A stretch of DNA of 64,000 nt from Nymphaea colorata. Lineage: Eukaryota. The stretch covers positions 3,162,001 through 3,226,000 of the forward strand of contig NC_045138.2 of the NCBI RefSeq assembly GCF_008831285.2, written 5' to 3'. Made by a program: the position numbers and the translations under genes. The number at the start of each line of letters is the position of its first letter. Within the stretch, counting starts at the first letter, position 1. Under the pieces are notes generated by a model. That model did not search any database. It worked only from the letters and a program-made list of their open reading frames with translations, and was not told the origin of the DNA. Below, piece by piece: positions 55,601-64,000 of the stretch.

Positions 55601-57474
55601 TTAACGGTTTTGTCTTTGGGTTTAGCCATGACAGTTCGTTTGACAACATTGGGACACTGTGACTGGATATGCCGCCGCTCATGACATTTAAAGATTAAAA
55701 CAATAGATAGAAGTGTCAACAGTAGAAGATTTTGACCAAGTATTAAAGGAAGAGCCCTTTTCTTTATTGGAGGTCGCATGTTTAGACTAGGACTTCAAGG
55801 TAGAGTCTTCCAACTTCAAGAAGTTTGCTCTTTAGTTTAAAGAATTCAACTTAGAATGGTGAAAACCATCAGACTTTGACATACACAACTCCTGGACCCG
55901 CTGACGTTTGGTCTCTGCAACCTGAACACGTAGTGATTAGGTGGTGAAATTTTGTAGTGTACTTTGTCATAGTCCTAGGCCCATGACGAAGCTCGATAGT
56001 CTTAGTGTGCCTTCTCAACAAAGTCCGGAGGGACAAACTTCATTTGCATCAACTGTTGCATCTTGGCCCATGTACGAATCATACCTTGACTTCTGCAGTT
56101 TGACCCACCATATCTGCACAAGCCTCCTTAGTTTTGGAGGCTAAGGAACCCGTCGATGCTCTGGCACATCATGGTAATCAAACGCGAATTGCATCGCATA
56201 AGTCCAGTCAAAAAAATGATTATGCATCGAATTTGTCTGTGAACTCAAACAACTCCAGCTTGAGGTCGTACGTGGAGGGCCTCTCCTATTCACAATCCGA
56301 TCATCTGCCACGAACCACTGATCCTGAAGGATGTTCATTCCAGAAGGCCCCATCTTTAGAATCTACGATCTCTAACACATCATCACTATGGTCAGCATGC
56401 TGCTATGGTGGGCCAACCCTTTTATCCTCACCTGTGGGTGCTCCGCCCTGCTGCAACTAATATTCCCCCGGGATGCCCTTGTCGTCCTATTGAAAGGGAG
56501 GAACCGGTCCAGGCAAACCAGGTGGCACTTGCAGTACAGCTGGTCGCACTTGATGAGATGGGTATGAGAGTTAGGGATAGTGTTGGTTTTGGGTTGGTTT
56601 GGGGTTAGCGTGTGGGCTTGGTATGGAGAACCATGGTAGAGTTCATTCTTACTAGGTTATGATTCACAGGAATGTATATCATGTCTACCAAGCAGCGAAG
56701 TATGGAGAACTGCTCTAGGCAGCGACAGATATGAAGGTTTCCACCCTAAATTGAGAAAATCGGTAACTTTTAGAAAGGACTATGAAGGCACAAGCCTATT
56801 CACTTCTTTCTCAAATTCCACACACAGCTGACAGTTACTAGTGTATTTCGAACTTGAAAATATCAAAATGGAAATTCACAAACAAATCTATTTGCCTGGC
56901 AACCTGAAGTATTATAGGTGTCATAAAAGGCAAAAGAAAAAGTTCATCTCATGGATCTCTGCAAAATAACAATGACACATAAACCATCGCATTTTTCAAC
57001 AACAGTATTTCAAGTTTTTTTAATGTTTAGGCATCACATACAGCAGTCCAGGCCTTTGTTACATGTAAACAGCAAATTCAATGTTGATATATGCTGTCAC
57101 AAGGTTAAAAAAAAAAAAGTAGCTAAGTCTTGTTCGCCATAATTTTTCAAAAATCACGAAAAAAATTGTTCAAAGCTTGATGTTTATAACTTCTTCCAGA
57201 AAGGCATAGTACATTTATAGGTTTCCAAACGACCAGATTTCCATGAACTTATCGCAAAAATATAAACACATTCCAATCAAATGCAGCAGTAAATTTTTCA
57301 GAAGGTCACCAACATAAAAGAACTAGCTCTAAATCTTACCTTTGGAGGCACTAGCTCATCAATATCAGCATCTGTAGCATGCGTAAACCTTTCTTTTATG
57401 CTTCTTCTTAGCTTCTTACGATCAGCTCCAGATAAACGCTGGAACGATTTTGCCTCAGCCGGCTTCTTAAACAT
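46651..57474 (-). CDS. EIF2D: Eukaryotic translation initiation factor 2D (ligatin; PUA-SWIB-SUI1), 617 aa
   Basis: Exons 57474-57340, 52397-52286, 51024-50834, 50739-50645, 50556-50113, 49294-49186, 48622-47980, 46775-46651 total 1854 nt. Motifs: MFKKP...RLSGADRKKLRR, PUA GADLMFPG, LDIKKSSHKKLSKWLQ, SUI1 RRQGNKKVTRVSGLE...LQKKFACSTSV...EVLVQGG...IEVLDKTRK*. Confidence 0.94.
54223..56635 (-). mobile_element. Degenerate Ty3/gypsy (chromovirus CRM-like) LTR retrotransposon derivative in eIF2D intron
   Basis: Frameshifted gag-like segment (W..MQQLMQMKFVPPDF), a zinc-knuckle remnant (FKCHERRHIQSQCP) and aspartic protease (VCNVVIDG..CKNMVS...HPYKVSW; CLVKFSMGDYCEDEVWCDI). These are followed by TTTCAACCCGGGGCGAT|TGACGCAG (FQPG-type integrase end/PPT to LTR junction at 54504) and an LTR-like tract to about 54223. 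No RT/RNaseH/integrase core and no 5' LTR seen. Confidence 0.75.
55394..55816. repeat. Tandem duplication of about 205-214 bp within the retroelement gag (covers the zinc knuckle)
   Basis: Near-identical copies at about 55394-55600 and 55601-55816. The ORF track shows MRPPIKKRALP... twice. Confidence 0.9.
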
Positions 57475-60130
57475 GACGTCAGTAACACCAAGAGCAAGAG
57501 AAGCCCCTGCAACAAATAAAACTGATAAGAATAGTAACCTATGGATAACATAGATCCAAATAAAATGAAAGAAAGTCACAGAAAATGTCGAATAAGCCAT
57601 TAAAGCAGAACGTAGAGTAGGCTGCTTATTTAGTTTCTGCTCCACTACCAAGAAAGTTAAAGGCAATCTAAACCAGTGAAACAAACAAGCAATGAAGCAT
57701 ATCTGACCAGAGACAATTCAACCATATCAATCAAGTAATGACTGAATGAATGGGAGGATTTTCAAAAGTTTGTTGACCAATTCGACCAGTAAAACAAGTG
57801 CCACGTAAGGCCTTATGCTTGATCATGCTTAATAAAATAACCAGAAAAACAAAAAAAACAGAATGGGTATAATAGCGTATAAAAGTAAAGGAGCCTGACG
57901 CATAACATAGATTACAAAAAACTACTCATTATAGCAAACTAAGGCAAACAAAAAAGAGGGATAGAGTCAAAATAATGTTAACAAGTGAGGAATCAATAGG
58001 AGATGGAGAATGGAATGAAAACTTGTACAAGATAAAAACAATGTTATCTGGAAAAAATAAAATGAAGGGAACATCTGTTCCTAAACCTTCACGATTGCAT
58101 TTTTTCCACTTCACCCGGTTAGAAACAGATATTAGCAGACCATGAAGACAATAACTACTCATCTACTGAATACCCGATCTGGAGCGAAAAAAAAAAGGCA
58201 GACATTTCCCTTGTGCCAGAAAAGGATCAAGGCAGAAACACGGACTACTAGATTAATGGCCGAGGTGACACCAAATTCCAACTGAATGGAAAGCACATTA
58301 AATAATGTGTCAATGGCAAGTGAGACGATCCACTCGAAGGAGAAGCTAGCAATGTGGATAGCAAATGATTGCGTGCCACGAATAGGCAACCAAGAAGACT
58401 ACGAATAAGCACCATTCGTGCATGTACAAGCAGATAGATGCTATCCGTAATCCACCTTAAACTAGACTTTCTGTTGCCAAAAGGACACTTGGGAATCAAA
58501 ATCTGAGCTTCTTTTTTGTTCATTCTGTTCCTCCCAAAGTGAAGACTACCAAAAAAAACCCTACTGCAACTCTGTCTATAGTTCTTATTCACTTGTTACC
58601 TCAATTTTTACTCTTTCTGCGAATCCATTCAACTGTACTTTTACCTTTAAATAGTATCAATGGTAGAAATTCTGACCACAAAACCATTCAATACAATCGT
58701 GAAAACCTCTCCCAATAACATAATCTATCTCAAAGACCCCCAAGGCTACGGATTCAGAACTGAACCAGTTGACGCGAATCCCTTAAAAAAAAACATGAAA
58801 TTGATCCAACGCAAACACACAGAAAAAATCACATCCGCGATACGGATAAAATGAGCAACAGAAAAAAGCCAAACGGTTTCGGAATCGAGAAAAATGCACC
58901 AAACTTGAGACGTAAATCCCGACAAAATGAACGAAGGAAATGCTTACTGGTAGAGACGGAGAAATAGAGTAGCGCGATTATTTCTTCAACCCTTTGGGCC
59001 TACAAGAAGGAATTCCCGAAGGCCGAAGGGGTTTTAGCTCGTGCTAATATCCAAAGAATGGCGGCCCAACATAAAAATGCGAAAAGGTACAGGTCGCCCG
59101 GCTTCCGAGGATGAAATGACGAAATTACCTCAACCAAGCGTCGGATGAACTTCTGATGTACGGCTTTTAACTTAGCTCCGACCAGTTGAGAAGTCAATGC
59201 CGTTGGATTGAAGGGATTTTATGACTCGAGCGCTCGTCGTGGGAGCACCGACTGAAGCCCCTGAGCGGGATTCGTTGCGGTGGGGAAGCGCCTATAGTAG
59301 CTACGGCACGCCCGCTCGTTAGAGGAAAGCAAACCAAGAAATATGTTTCGGATGACCGTCGGATGTTGTAACAAAAATTCACCTTAAACAGAAATTATAA
59401 TGAAAATTTTAGTTCTACCTTTCCTTTGTGTTTGATATCATAGAATTTTGATTTCAAAATAAAAAATGATGTGTTCGACGAAATAAGAACTAAAATGCTA
59501 AAATTGATAAATTAAAACCATCATTGCATATGCCTTAAATAAGATGACAAATTTTAAAATTGTGAAATCATAATTCCACCCTTTATGGTAGAATCACATT
59601 CCATGATTTGGAAGCAATAATGAGCCTATAATTTCATAATAAAAAAAATCTTTGTTTGATAACAGGGTTCTCATTTCATAAAAAACTGAAATTTTCAATT
59701 CTAAAATTCCACAATTTCAACCTGATCAAACACCTTACCATAAACTGTTATCAAAAACACCATAAACTAACTATCTTTATAATATAAATTGTTGGTACTG
59801 ATTTCATTGCATGGTATTTTTAACGATACCGTCTGAAAAATTTACCTTCAATGGCTGATTTCAATGTATATGGCTTAAATATTTAAGAAGCATTTCATAT
59901 TTAATATTCAAACTACATTTCAAATTCCGATTTACCATTCTTTTTAACGTTATTTATGGTTTAGCTCCGAATAAATTTGGTCTTCATAACATATACTCAA
60001 ATTTTGTTTATAACTCAAAGTGTATGATTCAAGTTTTTGTCAATGAACTTTTATAAATATCCCTCTTAAGAACCATGACATTTATGCAATGTCTTGGTTG
60101 AGTGGTAGGCCATGTGAGTTTATAAACACA

Positions 60131-61468
60131 TACACTTTCATGTGTTTCCAATCATTTGCATGTTGGGTATTCCATACTTATTCATCTTTGTAGTGTATAT
60201 CTTACTTGATTAAAGTATCAACCTAAGTGATCAGACCATGCATACATTGGTGCAATTGGTGAATTTATGTGGTTAGGTAGTGGGGCATGGTAGGCAGTCA
60301 AGTCCTGTTTCGAATCTTAGTAGTATCAACTCTCTAGCTACAAAAAGAAGCCACTGACATGCAAGTTGAAGCACATTAAAGGTGGCACCTTGATGCACCT
60401 ACACTTTCATGTGTTTCCAACCATTTGCATGTTGGGTATTCCATACTTATTCATCTTTGTAGTATATATCTTACTTGATTCAAGTATCAACCTAAGTGAC
60501 CAGACCATGCATGCATTGGTGCAATTGGTGAATTTATGTGGTTAGGTAGTGGGGCATGGTAGGCAGTCAAGTCATGTTTCGAATCTTAGTAGTGTCAACT
60601 CTCTAGCTACAAAAGGGAGTCACTGACATGCAAGTTGAAGCACATTAAGGGTGGCACCCCGATGCACCTACACTTTCATGTGTTTCCAACCATTTGCATG
60701 TTGGGTATTCCATACTTATTCATCTTTATGATGTATACATTACTCTATTCGAGTATCAACCTAAGTGACCAGACCATGCATGCATTGGTCCAAGTGGTGA
60801 ATCTATATGGTTAGGTAATTGGGCATGGTAGGCAGTCAAGTCTTGTTTCGAATCTTAGTAGTATCAACTTCCTGGCTGCAAAAGGGAGCCACTAACATGC
60901 AAGTTGAAGCACATTAAGGGCGGCACCCTGATACACCTACACTTTCATGTGTTTCCAACCATTTGCATGTTGGGTATTTCATACTTATTCATCTTTGTAA
61001 TGTATACCTTACTTGATTCGAGTATCAACCTAAGTGATCAGACCATGCATTGCATGCATTGGTCCAAGTGGTGAATCTATGTGGTTAGGTAGTGGGGCAT
61101 GGTAGGCGGCCAAGTCATGTTTCGAATCTTAACAGTATCAACTCTTTGGCTGCAAAAGGGGGCCATTGACATGCAAGTTAAAGCATATTAAAGGCAGCAC
61201 TCTGATGCACCTACACTTTTATGTATTTCCAACCATTTGCATGTTGGGTATTCCATACTTATTCATATTTGTGGTGTATACCTTGATTCAAGTATCAACC
61301 TAAGTGACCAGACCATGCATGCATTGGTGCGATTGGTGAATCTATGTGATTAGGTAGTGAGGTATGGTAGGCAGTGTTTCGAATATTAGTAGTATCAACT
61401 CTCTGGCTTCAAAATGGGGTCACTGACATGCAAGTTGAAGTACATTAAGGGCAGCGCCCTGACGCACC
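60131..61468 (+). repeat. Tandem array of five ~269-bp units
   Basis: Units start TACACTTT at 60131, 60400, 60669, 60938 and 61212, with periods 269, 269, 269, 274 and about 257. Copies are highly similar with scattered substitutions. Confidence 0.95.
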
Positions 61469-62541
61469 TAAAGTATGTACTGTATTATGAGGGGATAAAG
61501 GGTTTGGTGGAGGCTTTGGTCTTCTTTTGAACATTAGGAAACCCCAGTCACTTATAAGTCTTTTGTCACTTGTGGATAGTATGATATTTACATTCAATTT
61601 TGGTTTGAGAAGCCAAAATTTGAAGTTTGAACTTATGATCGACCACCTTTCCTTAGTTGTCGTGCTAATTCATTTCATTAAACGTTGTGGTAAAGCCTCG
61701 TCAGCAATGTAGTTGGGTGATATAAAGCGAAGCAATGTGTTAAGTTTGTGAGGTGAGGCGTAGCTAAGGATGCGTTTGATTGCGGGGGTAAAAGTTAAGG
61801 AGCGGATGAAAACTGTACGACAAGGGGAAACTTCAACCGGTGTGAGGTGAGACCATCAAACGCCGGTAAATTTCACGCGGTTTTTTTGTACAACAGAGGG
61901 ATTTTCATAGACAAAATTTTGAGCCCACGGCTCAAAATTTTTCTCCTCTTTTCTCTCGTATGCCCCCTTTCGTCGAAGTCCTCTCGTCTTTCCCCTTTCG
62001 CCGAAGCCCCCTTCTCCTCTGTCACTGTCTGAAGCCCCCTTCTCCACTGTCCCTGCCTCTTGCTCTCCTACTCTCCATCAAAGGCCTCTGTCTTCCTCTT
62101 CCTCCTTCGCGCTGCCTCTTGCTCTCCATCCCTACGTCTTCCTCTTTGCCAAAGTTGTCCATCGCCATCTCTTGCTCTCTGTCGAAGTTGTCGATCGCTG
62201 TCTCTTGCTCTCCGTCGAAGGCCTCTTGCTCTCCGTCATTGCCTCTTCCTGTCTATCGCTGCCTCTTGCTCTAAGTCAAAGGCATCCGTCGTTTCCTCTT
62301 GAAGCTGACAATCGAAGCTCTCCATCCTCTGCGTCTTCTTCTTTGTCGAAGCGGAAGATCCCCTATGTCGCTGCCTCTTCCTCTCCATCACTGTCTTTTC
62401 CTCGGTAAGGTTGCCTTTTTTTTTTCCTCTTTTTGTTTCTGCTATACAGTGCCCTGATCCCTTTATCCTCTCTCCCTCTACAGGGTTTGTTTGAAGAAAT
62501 CGTTTGCTCCTTCTCCCCTGCGGTTCTTGAGGTCCTAGGAG

Positions 62542-64000
62542 GAAAGACGTCCCAATCAACTTCCCTGCAGGTTGTTCATCCAAACTTTCTCTGTTGGTAC
62601 ACAACAACTTGTTCTAACTGCTTAGGCCTGTGAAAATGGTGGTGCTCTTCATGTTTGATCTTTGACTATAACTGCTTGGGCCATGTCAGTTCATATCTTG
62701 TTTTTGTAAATATGCTTCTTCTTGCATTGTAAATTGTACAAATCTACCCACATGTTAACTAATGATTCCTAATTAACTTCTTTAAACCCTACCAACGATG
62801 ACATCCTGTTCTCATAACTTACATAGATATGTTTTATCTTGTTTTTGTAAATATGCTTCTTCTTGCATTGTAAATTGTACAAATCTGCCCGCATGTTAGT
62901 TAACGATTCCTAATTAACTTCTTTAAACCCTACCAACGATGACATCCTGTTCTCAGAACTTACATAGATATGCTTCACTCCTTTGCTCCTTATTATTATT
63001 TTAGAGCAATGGCAGATTTTGGCTTTTGTATATGACCAATATCTCACATTTTAGGAACCATATTAAGTTTTTAATCTACTGCATGTGTAAACTTGGGTGC
63101 ACTACTATGTTCAGTATTTTTGGTCGGTTGTAATTTTTTTCTCATTGATTCTAATATGTTATTTATTTAAGCATTCTAATAAGTTATCATTTGTTCCGAA
63201 AGTGTATTTTGGTTGTTCAAATGTTGGTTAGTTAATTTGGTTAGTCATTTGACTGTATTTAATTGATAGTTATCTGTTATTTTATATTTATCTCCAATGA
63301 TGCTTTCTAAAAGGGCATGGTAGTGTCATTGCAGTGCTACTTTCCACAACAAGTATGATGTGCAATTATGTAGGTCTTTTGACATTGACAATGTCAACGC
63401 AACGCAAGAGGAAAAAGTGATGAAGATGAATGAACCGAAGTGCAGTCAGAAACGTTTGATTGCTTGTTTTGTTACTACTTGTTTTCTTTGTTGGATATAT
63501 ACTCATTAAACTTATGTACTGTATGAGACAACATACTTTGGTTAATATTTTTTAACTTTCATACAGGTTTTAGTGTGCTAAGGTTTTATTTTGTAGTTAA
63601 TCATTATCAATTGAACTTGTGGATGTGATGGACTACTTTTGTAATTATTTGTGGATGGTATGAAATTGGGTTGGATGAATATCAGTGAAAGACGTCCCAA
63701 TCGACTTCCCTGCAGGCTGTTCATCCAAACTTTCTTTGTTGGTATATAACAACTTGTTCTAACTGCTTAGGCCTGTGAAAATGGTGGTGCTCTTGATATT
63801 TGATCTTTGACTATAGGTCAGTTCATATTTTGTTTTTGTAAATATGCTTATTCTTGCATTGTAAATTGTACATATCTGCCTGCATGTTAGCTCACAATTC
63901 CTAATTAACTTCTTTAAACCCTACCAACAATAACATTATGTTCTCAAAACTTACATAGATATGCTTCAATCCTTTGCTCCTTATTATTATAGAGCAATGA
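62542..64000. repeat. Nested direct repeats: 62542-63010 repeated at 63687-64000; internal 141-bp tandem duplication (62696/62837)
   Basis: GAAAGACGTCCCAATC.ACTTCCCTGCAGG...AGAGCAATG occurs twice. The first copy contains TCTTGTTTTTGTAAATATGCTT...CTTACATAGATATG twice. Confidence 0.9.

Noticed and set aside
59203..59216. miR159 precursor
   Set aside because: The mature 3' end (GCTCTA) is absent and no star arm was found; kept only as a possible target site.
60131..61468. CRISPR-like or 5S rDNA array
   Set aside because: Whole units repeat with no unique spacers, the context is eukaryotic, and no 5S rRNA sequence is recognised.
62226..62385. TGCCTCTTCC motifs resembling miR408
   Set aside because: Part of a degenerate CT-rich minisatellite; match too short and no stem-loop.

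Overview
AT-rich flowering-plant nuclear DNA with spliced genes. The sequence gives no firm species identity. Six protein-coding genes, all on the minus strand, were rebuilt exon by exon with consistent splice phases. They are: a FemAB-like/DUF482 GNAT-fold gene running off the left edge, a mid-SUN nuclear-envelope/ER protein (607 aa), an RLCK-VII kinase of the PBL25/26 type (401 aa), a 14-exon RNA-binding protein with four RRMs and a PY-NLS (526 aa), an intronless GC-rich CXE18-like carboxylesterase, and eIF2D/ligatin (617 aa). The eIF2D first coding intron holds an internally deleted Ty3/gypsy (CRM-like) remnant. Intergenic DNA carries several MITE families, microsatellites and short tandem duplications. 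Unexplained items, most interesting first: (i) a TATA-driven, apparently spliced unit with no long ORF at about 9.1-11.7 kb, containing a GC-rich structured island; (ii) a 5 x 269-bp tandem array whose units each carry Pol III A/B-box-like motifs; (iii) exon-module duplication giving a fourth RRM, with two GC-AG introns and a possible NMD-triggering 3'UTR intron; (iv) a 14-nt perfect miR159-complementary site near the eIF2D leader. No prokaryotic-type system (CRISPR, operon, rRNA/tRNA) is present. Family assignments are from recalled motifs, not database searches.
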